Sequence record: SRR20825006_1097
DNA: 52,958 nucleotides
Direction: 5' to 3' (one strand)
Each line of letters begins with the position of its first letter. Within the stretch, counting starts at the first letter, position 1. Positions 8,463 to 18,045 of the stretch are shown piece by piece. The notes below the pieces were generated by a model. The model was not told the DNA's origin, did not search any database, and was given only the letters and a program-made list of their open reading frames with translations. A program made the translations under genes and the position numbers.

Positions 8463-9260
8463 ATGAGTGATCAAGATGGTTTTTATCAACCGGTACTTAA
8501 GGTAGTAGAGGAGGTTGCCTCAAAGCTACGGAAGAAAGCAGCTAAGGCCCACCAGACCAAGGTGAACGCGATCACCGATCTGACCAACGATATAGCTGCA
8601 CTTAATGCACAATTAGCTGGCCTGCGACTAGAGAATACTCAACTTTTCAAACATCAAATTTTGCAAGCTTATCGCGCGTTTTTCACACATGCTGAAATAG
8701 AATTTGACGAATATGAAAAGATCATTAGTGGAAATTTAAGCGCCAAAGCAGAACTGGTCGGCGATAGGTATTTGATTCAGTTCAAAAAAATAGCTTCAGA
8801 AAACCTACATGTTCTACTTGGAATTGCTGAAATCTTTTTGGCAATTAACTCACATTCAAAATCAGGTCCCCCTAATAGTGGTGTTGAAGTTGCTTCACCA
8901 AGCGTTAGCTGGGTGAACAATCCACTTCAGGCCGACAAAGACCTTTACCACCAAATTTATGGTTATGTGGAGGATTTAGTTGAGACATTAAGTCGTTCCA
9001 ATTCTCTGGCTCACCTGAAAGAATTAGATGAATTGCGGCGGACCAACCTCATCAATTCACTAAAAACGATTTTGGCCATGCTTGAAGCGCCGATGATAGA
9101 GACGTCTTTAGTGAAAAATAGTAAAGACAACGTCCAAAGTCTTCGGGAAGCAATGGAAAAGGAAGTAGTTGGACAAGGTTCAAAAAAAGTGGTTGAGAGT
9201 GGCATTTGGGCTTTGGGTCAAATCGTGCTTAAGATCAAGGATTGGCTACCTCCTATGTAG
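8463..9260 (+). CDS. Moron: hypothetical helical protein opposite to the tail genes
   Basis: Long AT-richer ORF between baseplate V and W; ATG 8463 preceded by GGAGGG/GGGG (GTG 8433 alternative). Confidence 0.75.
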   Translation: MSDQDGFYQPVLKVVEEVASKLRKKAAKAHQTKVNAITDLTNDIAALNAQLAGLRLENTQLFKHQILQAYRAFFTHAEIEFDEYEKIISGNLSAKAELVGDRYLIQFKKIASENLHVLLGIAEIFLAINSHSKSGPPNSGVEVASPSVSWVNNPLQADKDLYHQIYGYVEDLVETLSRSNSLAHLKELDELRRTNLINSLKTILAMLEAPMIETSLVKNSKDNVQSLREAMEKEVVGQGSKKVVESGIWALGQIVLKIKDWLPPM

Positions 9261-9753
9261 GAACCCCACTTTCATCCCCACCCAAAGTCACATCTTTATG
9301 CTTGTGATCCTTACCTACATTCACCCCGTCATGCGTCAAACTGCCCCCTTCTATCGTCACATTGCCCCTCAATAAAATATTGGCTGCTTCAATGCTCACA
9401 TTGTTCGCGCCGGTCACGCTCACATCGCCTGAGCTCTTGCCCATAATAATGGTCACACCGCTGGCAAAGCTCATATGAATATCATCTAAATAGCCGGTCG
9501 GTGCTTCATAGATGGCGCCAATCACTGTGCCATCTTCACCATCCCAATCCATCACGCAACTCACTTGAGTGCCCACATCCGGCATGGCAAATATTTTGTT
9601 GGTGCCACCGCCGCCTTGCCCAACCGAAATCCAGTTCGAAACATCCCCGTCTTCATCATCAAATTGCACCTTCACAAAACCGGGCTTTCGCTCAATCACA
9701 GTGCCGCGTTTGTAGGGGCTGTTCTTTTCGTTTTCGATATAGCGTTTAGACAC
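9253..9753 (-). CDS. Baseplate spike protein gpV
   Basis: SNWI, MPDVGTQV, G.VIGAIY and C-terminal H.H (HKHKDV) metal-binding tip; GTG start at 9753 overlaps the gpD stop. Confidence 0.9.
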   Translation of the reverse strand: MSKRYIENEKNSPYKRGTVIERKPGFVKVQFDDEDGDVSNWISVGQGGGGTNKIFAMPDVGTQVSCVMDWDGEDGTVIGAIYEAPTGYLDDIHMSFASGVTIIMGKSSGDVSVTGANNVSIEAANILLRGNVTIEGGSLTHDGVNVGKDHKHKDVTLGGDESGVPT

Positions 9754-10741
9754 CTTTGAGCTCCACTTTGGTTGTGTATTGTGCGCGGCGAACTTGATGG
9801 GTGGCAGTGTGTACCAAATAGCGGCCTGCATATTGGCCAAACGTGCCGCCCAGCTTCACAACTTGTCCGGCAATCATGATGGGGTCACCCACAATGGTCA
9901 GGCTGGCGGTGCGATTGTCTTCATTGGCTTTGGCCAATCGGCTTTCGGCTAATTTTTGCGCCTGACCCGCGCTTTCCACTCGCTCATCAATCTTTAAAAT
10001 ATCTTCTGATTTGGCGTTGGGGTCACTCGCTTCAGCAGTCAGAAGTTCTTGGGTCGCCGGATCTAAATATTGGGCTTTTGCGCGTTTGTAAGACTGGTGG
10101 CTTTTGTCTTCAGCACTCCATTGGATAAGGCTTGTTGGCGCGGCAATATTGAAGGTGCGCACTGGTCTGCGTTTTTCCAAATCATCGCGGCGATAAAAGA
10201 TCAGCTTTTTGTCTTTAATGGCAACAAAGTGCCCATAGTCTTCAGCCAGGCGGCGCAAGAAGGCGAGATCGCGTTCGCGGCGCTGGCGCTTATATTCAAA
10301 GCTCACATCATCAATTTCGCCGGAAAGGCTATAGCCATGGCGACCGGCAATTTCAGCGGCAAGTTTTTTAAGGCTGGTCTTTTCGAAGCCTTTTGATTTT
10401 TGCGTGCGTTGGTCAGTGTCGGGGAAAGCGCTTGTGGCTTTAAAGTTGAGCACTTCATTGGCGCGACTGCCGGATGCTTTGGGAATATCCACTTGGAATT
10501 GCCCGCAATCCATCAAGCCTTGGCCTTCATAGCCTATGGCCGCTTTCACAATATCTCCCAATTCAGGACGCCATGCACCGCGCCATTTGCCGGATGGGTC
10601 TGCCAGTTTTACGGCAATTTCATCCGCCTTGCCGGATAGATTATCCGTCCAAGTAAAATCCAAAAGTTCTGGCGCAAAACTTGCGCCAACATCCACGCCA
10701 TTGATCAGCAAAGAAACGATAGGTGTAGGTGCGCCAATCAT
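9746..10741 (-). CDS. Phage late control D / baseplate hub protein
   Basis: WTDNLSGKADE, QRRERDLAFLRRLAEDYG, GRYLVHTATH. Confidence 0.9.
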   Translation of the reverse strand: MIGAPTPIVSLLINGVDVGASFAPELLDFTWTDNLSGKADEIAVKLADPSGKWRGAWRPELGDIVKAAIGYEGQGLMDCGQFQVDIPKASGSRANEVLNFKATSAFPDTDQRTQKSKGFEKTSLKKLAAEIAGRHGYSLSGEIDDVSFEYKRQRRERDLAFLRRLAEDYGHFVAIKDKKLIFYRRDDLEKRRPVRTFNIAAPTSLIQWSAEDKSHQSYKRAKAQYLDPATQELLTAEASDPNAKSEDILKIDERVESAGQAQKLAESRLAKANEDNRTASLTIVGDPIMIAGQVVKLGGTFGQYAGRYLVHTATHQVRRAQYTTKVELKGV

Positions 10742-10983
10742 TTCTGCTTCCAGGGCGGCAACAGATCATTGGCAATGGCCGGTGCTTCAATAATGGGGAT
10801 GCGCAATACCAAGCCTGAAGGCAAGATTGCTGGATATGCCGCATTGGGGAACAAGTGAGCATTGGCATCGATGATGATCTGCATTTTGCTGGCATCATTG
10901 TAGTATTGACCGGCCAAAATGTCCCATCGTTCGCCAGGCGTTGTGCGATGCTCAAGATATTGGGGAATTGGATCAGGGCTCAT
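10738..10983 (-). CDS. Tail protein X (P2 gpX, LysM-like)
   Basis: GERWDILAGQYY...IIDAN...LPSGLVLRIP...LPPWK. Confidence 0.9.
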   Translation of the reverse strand: MSPDPIPQYLEHRTTPGERWDILAGQYYNDASKMQIIIDANAHLFPNAAYPAILPSGLVLRIPIIEAPAIANDLLPPWKQK

Positions 10984-10985
10984 GA

Positions 10986-11444
10986 TTACCTCTTCACCAA
11001 GGGATTGAAAATGGCGCGCGCTGCGCTGGCAATGCCAAAGCCCAATAAACCCCCAATTCCGCCTGGCGCTTCAACCAATTCAATATCCGCTTCAAGACGC
11101 ACAATACGACCGCTCGGTGTGGTTTTCTTAATGGTTAGGGACACATTTTTGATCAGATAGTTTTTTCCGAAATACCCACCATTGCCCATGACGAGCGGCA
11201 AGCCTGAACCGCTCGATCTGGCGGCCAGCAGGCGGGCATATTCAGATTGTGGGTTGCAAAAACTCTCATCAAAGAAAAAGGAAAATGAGCGCCGGTCCAG
11301 CTCTTCGCCGCCGCGATGAGGGATGGGTTTGCCGCGCACCACTTGATGTTCAAATATTGTGTTGCCCAGGCTTTCGCTTTGTCCTGTTGGGCCAGTGAGT
11401 GTGTTGAAGCCAAGGCGGAAATCACCTAAAAGAGCAAACAGCAT
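10986..11444 (-). CDS. Tail protein, P2 gpU-like
   Basis: MLFALLGDF, EHQVVRGKP, LPLVMGNG..FG; position after the tape measure. Confidence 0.85.
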   Translation of the reverse strand: MLFALLGDFRLGFNTLTGPTGQSESLGNTIFEHQVVRGKPIPHRGGEELDRRSFSFFFDESFCNPQSEYARLLAARSSGSGLPLVMGNGGYFGKNYLIKNVSLTIKKTTPSGRIVRLEADIELVEAPGGIGGLLGFGIASAARAIFNPLVKR

Positions 11445-13955
11445 TTAAAACTCCAACCGCTCATCTTCTTCATCTGCCTTTTTCATCATGGCGCGCAGTT
11501 CTGGCATCAAATCGCGCAAGGCATCTTGCAGACTATCAATGTCTTGGGCACTGGCTGATCCAACATGGATCACTGGCGAGAAATTAATCTCAACATTCTT
11601 GCTGCTTGATCCGCTCACTTGCCCGCCAAGGGATCGCTCCATTATCGCTTTTGGTGGCGACACTAACGTCGGATTATTGGCAAGGGATGGCGAGGTGATG
11701 GAGGCTGCTGCCAATGTTGCAGCTGCTGCTTTGCGCATAGCCTTGACCATTGGCGCAGGCTTGATGGATTGGGCAATGGTTTCGGCAAATTTTAGTCGGT
11801 GAATGTCGGAAAGAGGGCCTGTTTTTGCCGGCGATGATGGCAAGTGATCACGCAGCTTTTGAGTGACCTTTTGGATTTCTTGAACAAGCAAATGGGCGCG
11901 TTGGCGCATCCCGGCCGCAATGGTCTCCATCAGGCGGCGGCCGTGATAAGAAAAGTCTGTGCGGGCCAATAAATCATTCACGCGGTTCAGTGTGCCCTGG
12001 GCAATATCTTCTACCCCTTGCGCGGCTTGTCGCACCCGATTGAGCTTTTGCATCGCTGGTGAAACATCCACATTTGTAAGGTGACCCATCGCGCTAGCCA
12101 GGCGGTTGGTGGCGTTGGTTGCTCGTTCAATTGAAGCGGGGTCACGCGCTGCAATATCGATTGCTTGTTCACCTGAAAAAATGCTGGTCAACCCTGTCCA
12201 GGCTTCACCGGTTTTGGCTTTAAGATCATTGATCATGCCGCCAATGTCAGGCAGTTCAGGCAATGGAATTTCTGGCCACTTCCATTCGGGTAGCCACTCA
12301 AGAGAAAAGAACCATTTAATCTTTTTCACAGGCTCGTCAAAAGATGGGATTTTGATGTTGCCGATCAGTGCACCCCAATCAATATTCATTAAATTTTTAA
12401 TGTTTTCCCAATGGTGGGCGATAGAGGCCTTTGCCGCCTCCAGCTGATCGGTTATGGCATCAGAAATCTTTGACCAGTTCCTGATGATCATTGCGTGGGG
12501 CGTCCATTCAAAAATCTGTTTCAGCCAATCCCATGTTGCTTGTGCAGCGCTGGTGATGCCTTGCCAAAGGGCTTCAAAGTAGGGCCGGATTTTGTCCCAA
12601 TTGGCATAGATCAGATAAACACCGCCAGCGATGGCCAAAATGGCCAACATGATTGGGTTTGCCATCAAAGCCGCGCCAAGGGTCGCAAGGCCAGTGGCAA
12701 TTTGCACAATGCCAGCGGCGGTGGCCACAAGGGTTGGGCCAAACACCATGCCACCCAAAATCATGGCCAGATTTTCCCAGCCGCCAACATATTCGCTGGC
12801 CATGCTCAAATAGTTTGAAAGCTCGCTAATGATCTCGATGGCACGGGCCGCGAACTGCCACGCGCTTTCAAGGGTGTTTTGAATGGCGGTGGCAATATTG
12901 GTTGCCCAGGCTTTAAGCGATCCATCGGCCTCCATTTGGCTTATGGTGTCGAGAATGCCGCGTAGCTTATCTTTCATCCAATCAAAAAGGCCGGCTTCCA
13001 TAATCATCAATTGGAACTTCATCCAAAGATCAGCCAGGTTCGACATCATGCCTGTCCATGTTTTGGAAAGGCGTTCCATTGAACCAGCATATTTTTCATT
13101 GAAGATTTTCATCAATGTCATTTGAATGGCGGAGCGGTCGCTTGCTTTGGCCGTTGCCGTCATGGCTTTGCCCGCTGCGTCGGTATAGGCGTAGGTGATC
13201 ATGTCGCCCGATTTTTTGGCGGTGATGCCGAATTCTTTTAAGCGCTCATTCTCGCCGGTCACGGCGTCAGCCATGGCTTCCACTGCCTGCATCAACGGTT
13301 TGCCCATGGCGGCGGATGTGTCGCCTAAAGTGCGCAAAGTGCCATTTGTTGGATCAAGGCCATAATTCTTGAGCTGCACAAACGCTTCGGTCACCTGATC
13401 AAGTTCATAGGGGGTGGTCACGGCAAATTGGGTTACCCAGCCCATGGCTTCTTTTGCTTTTTCAGCCGAACCTGTGGAGCTGATCAAAATGGTTTCATAG
13501 CGTTCAAATTGGGAGGCCGTGTCTGTCAGCCCATTCGCGGCTAAGGCGGCGCTTCCCCAAAGCGTGGCCATCACGCCAGTGGCGACAAGTGCGCCCGTTT
13601 TCACCTTGCCAAAACCATTGCCTAAATTATCGATGCCATGTTTAGCCAGGGACAAGGTTTGGCGATTTAAGGTGCTAACCGCTCGTGTGGCTTTTGCCGC
13701 GCCATTTTGCACAGCGTTGAAGGCGCTGCTTGCGCCGCGTTTAACCAGATCATAGGTGCGGGCAAGTTTTTGGGTGGCGCGCGCAGAGTTGGATGTGGCG
13801 CGGCTTGCTTTAGATTGATCGCCAAGGGACGCTTTTTGCAATTTGGCGTTGGTCTTGTTGAACTTCTCCATCCGCCGGTTAAAGCGCAACAGCTTTTCCA
13901 TGCGCTTGGAGGCGCGGTCTGTAAATTCAGCAACAACACCTAAGCGCATGGTCAT
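11445..13955 (-). CDS. Tail tape measure protein
   Basis: 836 aa Ala-rich helical; FAVTTPYELDQVTEAF tape-measure motif; W-periodic repeats; LPSSPAKTGPLSD. Confidence 0.93.
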   Translation of the reverse strand: MTMRLGVVAEFTDRASKRMEKLLRFNRRMEKFNKTNAKLQKASLGDQSKASRATSNSARATQKLARTYDLVKRGASSAFNAVQNGAAKATRAVSTLNRQTLSLAKHGIDNLGNGFGKVKTGALVATGVMATLWGSAALAANGLTDTASQFERYETILISSTGSAEKAKEAMGWVTQFAVTTPYELDQVTEAFVQLKNYGLDPTNGTLRTLGDTSAAMGKPLMQAVEAMADAVTGENERLKEFGITAKKSGDMITYAYTDAAGKAMTATAKASDRSAIQMTLMKIFNEKYAGSMERLSKTWTGMMSNLADLWMKFQLMIMEAGLFDWMKDKLRGILDTISQMEADGSLKAWATNIATAIQNTLESAWQFAARAIEIISELSNYLSMASEYVGGWENLAMILGGMVFGPTLVATAAGIVQIATGLATLGAALMANPIMLAILAIAGGVYLIYANWDKIRPYFEALWQGITSAAQATWDWLKQIFEWTPHAMIIRNWSKISDAITDQLEAAKASIAHHWENIKNLMNIDWGALIGNIKIPSFDEPVKKIKWFFSLEWLPEWKWPEIPLPELPDIGGMINDLKAKTGEAWTGLTSIFSGEQAIDIAARDPASIERATNATNRLASAMGHLTNVDVSPAMQKLNRVRQAAQGVEDIAQGTLNRVNDLLARTDFSYHGRRLMETIAAGMRQRAHLLVQEIQKVTQKLRDHLPSSPAKTGPLSDIHRLKFAETIAQSIKPAPMVKAMRKAAAATLAAASITSPSLANNPTLVSPPKAIMERSLGGQVSGSSSKNVEINFSPVIHVGSASAQDIDSLQDALRDLMPELRAMMKKADEEDERLEF

Positions 13956-14149
13956 TTTTCTCGCTCCGCTGCTTTGCGTTCCGCTTCAAGGGCGGCTTCA
14001 TCCATTTGGATTTGCTGATCTAAAAGTGTGAGAAATTCTTGTTCGGAGAGCCCGTCCAGGTAATCGGCGCCCCAGCCGCGATTGACCATAAAGATGTGCG
14101 CTTCAAGAGAAGAAAGGGCTAAGCCTTCTTCTCCGCTTGTCGCTTTCCC
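13952..14149 (-). CDS. Tail assembly chaperone, -1 frameshift extension (lambda gpGT equivalent)
   Basis: G GGA AAG at 14149-14143; -1 frame reads ATSGEEGLALSSLEAHIFMVNRGWGADYLDGLSEQEF...ERKAAEREK* and stops at ATGA overlapping the tape-measure start. Confidence 0.85.
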   Translation of the reverse strand, partial: GKATSGEEGLALSSLEAHIFMVNRGWGADYLDGLSEQEFLTLLDQQIQMDEAALEAERKAAEREK

Positions 14150-14472
14150 GCTTCGTCCTCATCTTCGTCCCAATCATCCTCATCATCACCAAACACTTCA
14201 GACAAAAGTTCATTGGCGTCATTGGTGGGGATATAGGCGCGGAAATCAGCGGTTGTGATTTTTTCGCCATCAAAGGTGGCGATCTTGCAAAGGTAAATCA
14301 CCTGGGCGTCAAACAATTTGTTCTTGGCCATGCTCAGGGCGCGTGTCCAATCGCCATGTTTGCGGAATTTAGGGAATGTCACTTCTACGCCTGTTTCGGG
14401 CAGGGTGATGGTTTGATTGCCTTCATTGCTGGCTTTATGTGCTTTGAGCTTTTCGATCACTTTGCTGGACAT
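14119..14472 (-). CDS. Tail assembly chaperone (gpG equivalent)
   Basis: Between tube and tape measure; ATG 14472 with AAGGA upstream; contains GGGAAAG near the 3' end. Confidence 0.85.
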   Translation of the reverse strand: MSSKVIEKLKAHKASNEGNQTITLPETGVEVTFPKFRKHGDWTRALSMAKNKLFDAQVIYLCKIATFDGEKITTADFRAYIPTNDANELLSEVFGDDEDDWDEDEDEAGKRQAEKKA

Positions 14473-14561
14473 GTATTGTTCCTTCCAAAAAAACATCCCC
14501 GCCGCGAACCAGCCGCGACGGGGATTTGGGCGGGGGAGGTTATGCCCTAACGATGCTTTAT

Positions 14562-15077
14562 CTATTGCCAGAATGCGCCGGAAGAGTTCCGTACCTTGTT
14601 GGCAAAAACATCGACTTCCAAAAGTGTTTCTTCACGCGAGTGCAGGCGTTGCACCAAACGGGAACATGTATATTCGGCGCTGATCTCGGCATCATCGCCG
14701 CTTTTGGTTTCGTTCATCTCGACGCCATGGAAACGCACGTCAACAATGGTGATCAGCGTGTGTGAGTTTTCTTCATCGTGACCGGCGGGGCCAGACACAT
14801 CCACAAATTGATGGAGCTGCATTTTATGCAGGTGTGTAGGGTCATAGACCTTTTCCATCACTTCAGGCTCTAGAAATTGAAAACTCGCAGAACCTTCAAG
14901 TGCATTGAGCTTGCGCCCCGGTGTTTTGAGAACGGCAATTTGCCCAAGCGTTTCATGCTCAATGGTTTCCCACTCAATCTTTGGGATTTTGAATGAGGTG
15001 GCGATCCCGATCAAAGAATTATCTTCAAGATAGAGTTCTGCCTGTTTGGATTTGCCATAGCGGATCAAGTCAGCCAT
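14562..15077 (-). CDS. Major tail tube protein
   Basis: Follows sheath; P2 FII-like size and C-terminal LLEVDVFAN. Confidence 0.88.
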   Translation of the reverse strand: MADLIRYGKSKQAELYLEDNSLIGIATSFKIPKIEWETIEHETLGQIAVLKTPGRKLNALEGSASFQFLEPEVMEKVYDPTHLHKMQLHQFVDVSGPAGHDEENSHTLITIVDVRFHGVEMNETKSGDDAEISAEYTCSRLVQRLHSREETLLEVDVFANKVRNSSGAFWQ

Positions 15078-15123
15078 TTTTATTCCTTTCATTGCGCCTT
15101 AACTGGCGCGGTTGCAGCCGAAC

Positions 15124-16425
15124 TTAGGCGGCCAAACCCAAGGCGTTTTTAGCCATTTCAATATTGATGTGGTCTTCAACCGTTAGGCGTTCATTCAAGC
15201 CCACCGGTTGCCATTCCATTTTGTAAAAGAAATGATTGTCCGCCACAGACTGCGCCGTGGTTTGGGTGCGGTCAAAAACAAACCGGAAATCATAAAGAAC
15301 CGGGTCATTGCCCGCTGCTTTGCTCAATCCCCATGAATTGATGGTGTCTTCAATCCGCTCAAGGGTAGCTGGATTGGCGTTGCGGTCTTTTTCTTCATCT
15401 AAAAAATGCAGCACCGCTTCTTGCAGCATGTCTTGAATTAAAAGCACATGCAGATTGTTTTGAAGCTTGGTGGAAGTGGGATAGGCCGCATTGCGGTTGC
15501 CTGATGTGTGTGGACCTTTGCCATGACGTTCTTCACAGGTCACAATGCCCTGGCCGCGCAAAATTTGCACATCAGAACTTGCATCACCGGGAATATAAAG
15601 AACATCTTGCGCGGCATCTTCAATGCCAGCAATGCGCCGGTTGGATGGTGAATGGTGATAGCCATATTCCATCACAGAGCTCAGCCACACGCCGAGTAGG
15701 TGCGCCGAATAAGGCTCGCTGATCACTTCACCTGCATTGGGCGAGGTTTCGTCCAGATTGACCACTTGCATATGTGGCCAACACAACACCGCGCGGGGAT
15801 CATTGGTTTGAAAATCAAAGTCGCCGCCTGGTCCGCGTGCTTCGACCACTTGTTGCACGGTCACACCATAAGGCGCGTCCAGAAAATAGCGCGCCTTGGT
15901 GCGTGCGGCGATGGCATCAAGTTCAGCTTTCACGCCATTCAGTTGATCAAAGCCAGTGGCGCATAAAAATTTGGCAAACCAGCCAAATGCCTGATAGCAG
16001 CCATAGGCGTGTTTCAACCCGCTCGCATTGCCGTTGGCATCAAAGCTGCCGATAATATCAAGAGCGGTCACCAAACTTGGATCGGGATTGTCCGCAACAT
16101 CTTTGTGCACCGCCGGATCAAACACATTGATCACGCAAATTGTGCCGATGCCTTTGCGCCCCGCTTTCTTAAACATGGCTTCCAATGCTTGCGGGATCGT
16201 ATAGCCATCGCGATGTGGCCCGAAATATTTGGCAATGTCTGACTGGCGGCGAACAATGACTTTTTTGTTGATGTAGTTGGCGCGCTTTTCAGCGGTGTCG
16301 TGTACCTCGTGGACCGGGGCGGTGCCGATCAACAAACAGGTGGCGGCTTTTCGGTCGCGCACAAGCACGCCACCATCGTTGCGCTCAACAATTTCGGGAC
16401 CGAAAAAGGGCTCGGTTGCGCTCAT
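15124..16425 (-). CDS. Tail sheath protein
   Basis: LIGTAP, YTIPQALEAMF, SPSNRRIAG, GNRNAAYP motifs. Confidence 0.92.
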   Translation of the reverse strand: MSATEPFFGPEIVERNDGGVLVRDRKAATCLLIGTAPVHEVHDTAEKRANYINKKVIVRRQSDIAKYFGPHRDGYTIPQALEAMFKKAGRKGIGTICVINVFDPAVHKDVADNPDPSLVTALDIIGSFDANGNASGLKHAYGCYQAFGWFAKFLCATGFDQLNGVKAELDAIAARTKARYFLDAPYGVTVQQVVEARGPGGDFDFQTNDPRAVLCWPHMQVVNLDETSPNAGEVISEPYSAHLLGVWLSSVMEYGYHHSPSNRRIAGIEDAAQDVLYIPGDASSDVQILRGQGIVTCEERHGKGPHTSGNRNAAYPTSTKLQNNLHVLLIQDMLQEAVLHFLDEEKDRNANPATLERIEDTINSWGLSKAAGNDPVLYDFRFVFDRTQTTAQSVADNHFFYKMEWQPVGLNERLTVEDHINIEMAKNALGLAA

Positions 16426-16631
16426 GACACAATTTCCTTTGCTTTGGTGAGAAGTTTAAGAGCCACCCAATTTTTGATGATGGGGTGGTGATCGGGGAAC
16501 AAATAGGTTTTGCCTGGATAAAGATTGTCCTGAAAAACAATGCTGCGATCTTGCGGCAAGCTGCGATCCCGCAAGGCAATATTTTGTCGCGGTCCAGCAT
16601 AAATATAGGTGCTAAATGAAAGCTCATTCAT
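16422..16631 (-). CDS. Small phage protein upstream of sheath
   Basis: Overlaps both neighbours; YIYAGP motif. Confidence 0.65.
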   Translation of the reverse strand: MNELSFSTYIYAGPRQNIALRDRSLPQDRSIVFQDNLYPGKTYLFPDHHPIIKNWVALKLLTKAKEIVS

Positions 16632-17112
16632 TGGGGCGTTCCTCAAACCGATTGAGATTGGCGCGGGGATAATGTTGTCGGTGATGGTTGGCTATGGCTT
16701 CAATTGCGGTGGCCACTTCCACCTGCCATTCCCATTGTCCGGCTTCTTGGCCGGTGAGCTGGTCTGAGATCAGCTTGATGGGTGTACCGCCTTCAAGTGG
16801 CACATTTTGCAACGCTAACCGAATATCTTCCAAATGATCATAGGCATCAGAAACATCGCCCAAACTGTGCAAATAAAGCACAATGGTGAACCGCAATTCG
16901 CGCGCTTGGCTTGAGGCATCCATGCCATTTGGTGGGCCGTATTGCGAGCCGGAATAATGCACCAAGATGGCAGCATTCATTTTGGCCGGATCAAAGTCGT
17001 GTGGATTGGCCGGAAATTGCTGCACATAAAAAGACGAGGCGACATATCTCTTGATATGTTCAATCAGTTGGCGCTCAATCTTGGTGATGGGTGAGGGAGG
17101 GTGTGTCATCAA
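16624..17112 (-). CDS. Mu gp37-like tail terminator protein
   Basis: ILVHYSGSQY, YDHLEDIRLAL; synteny after gp36. Confidence 0.8.
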   Translation of the reverse strand: MMTHPPSPITKIERQLIEHIKRYVASSFYVQQFPANPHDFDPAKMNAAILVHYSGSQYGPPNGMDASSQARELRFTIVLYLHSLGDVSDAYDHLEDIRLALQNVPLEGGTPIKLISDQLTGQEAGQWEWQVEVATAIEAIANHHRQHYPRANLNRFEERPNE

Positions 17113-17582
17113 AAGCCCTCAAGAATTGAGCTGGATGCAGCTTCAGGAAATGCTCCTGCAATATTGTCAGTAGAGTTTGAGCCGGATTGAAAAGAGTTAC
17201 CCGGAAAATCAAAGTCGATTTTTCCATCGCGTACTTCTTTTAGCCAGGCAATGGCATCGCGGTAGCGGGTATTTATCGCGTCATCAACACCGGCTTTGTC
17301 ACCCACGCGGTCGCGCAACCAATAAATCACCAAGTCGTTCGCAACGCCTTTTAAGCTTGGCGGCATGTCTGGAGCAGTGACTTGCGCCAACGCTGGAAAG
17401 CGTGCTTTCACATATCCATCAATTGTGGATTGGGCACGGGCAATAAAAAGGGTCAGCCGGTCGCGATCAATAGTGCGGCCAGTGGCCGAATTGGGGCCAC
17501 CAACGCCGCAAAGGGCGATCAGATTTTGCTCATCATTGAGGGCAATGAGCTCATCAACACTGATATATTGACCGGCTGACAT
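17109..17582 (-). CDS. Mu gp36 / DUF1320 head-tail connector
   Basis: YISVDEL, IDGYV..R, RYRDAIAWLKEVRDGK. Confidence 0.88.
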   Translation of the reverse strand: MSAGQYISVDELIALNDEQNLIALCGVGGPNSATGRTIDRDRLTLFIARAQSTIDGYVKARFPALAQVTAPDMPPSLKGVANDLVIYWLRDRVGDKAGVDDAINTRYRDAIAWLKEVRDGKIDFDFPGNSFQSGSNSTDNIAGAFPEAASSSILEGF

Positions 17583-17591
17583 GTTCTGGCT

Positions 17592-17963
17592 CTATTGCTG
17601 ATCTTGATCGGTGGCTGGGTGAAGCTTTTCCCAAACTGTGGCGATGTCTTCGCTGGTGACGTCAAAATCAACCAACACATTTACGGCGGCGACCTTTGGG
17701 GTGCCTGCTTTCGTAAAGTCTTTTTCGGCATCTAAACCTTCAAAGGCTTCGATCAGCTTGGCTTCCTGCTCGTCGCTCAATTGAGACTTTTTATCCTGGT
17801 TTGCAGGTGTGGCATTACCCTCGCCAACACAGCCATAAGCTTGAAGGATGGCGAACTCTTTTTTGGTGAGTTCGATCATGTTGGCATTGTCATCATTTGG
17901 GTCATAGCGCTTTCCATTGTGGCGGATGGGCGAAATGACCGGATAGGTGTTGAGTTCTGACAT
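17592..17963 (-). CDS. Phage protein following capsid (Mu gp35-like position)
   Basis: IRHNGKRY N-terminus and DFTKAGTPKV C-terminal module. Confidence 0.7.
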   Translation of the reverse strand: MSELNTYPVISPIRHNGKRYDPNDDNANMIELTKKEFAILQAYGCVGEGNATPANQDKKSQLSDEQEAKLIEAFEGLDAEKDFTKAGTPKVAAVNVLVDFDVTSEDIATVWEKLHPATDQDQQ

Positions 17964-17984
17964 GATAGATTTCCTTTTTGATGT

Positions 17985-18026
17985 GGATGGCGCGGCTATG
18001 GCAACTTTAGGAGGACCGCGCCATCC
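17985..18026. other. Intergenic 11-bp inverted repeat after the capsid gene
   Basis: GGATGGCGCGG (17985-95) / CCGCGCCATCC (18016-26), 20-nt loop; no U-tract on the coding strand, so more likely an mRNA-stabilising or processing stem than a terminator. Confidence 0.5.
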
Positions 18027-18045
18027 GTTCTGGACAGGCCAGAAA

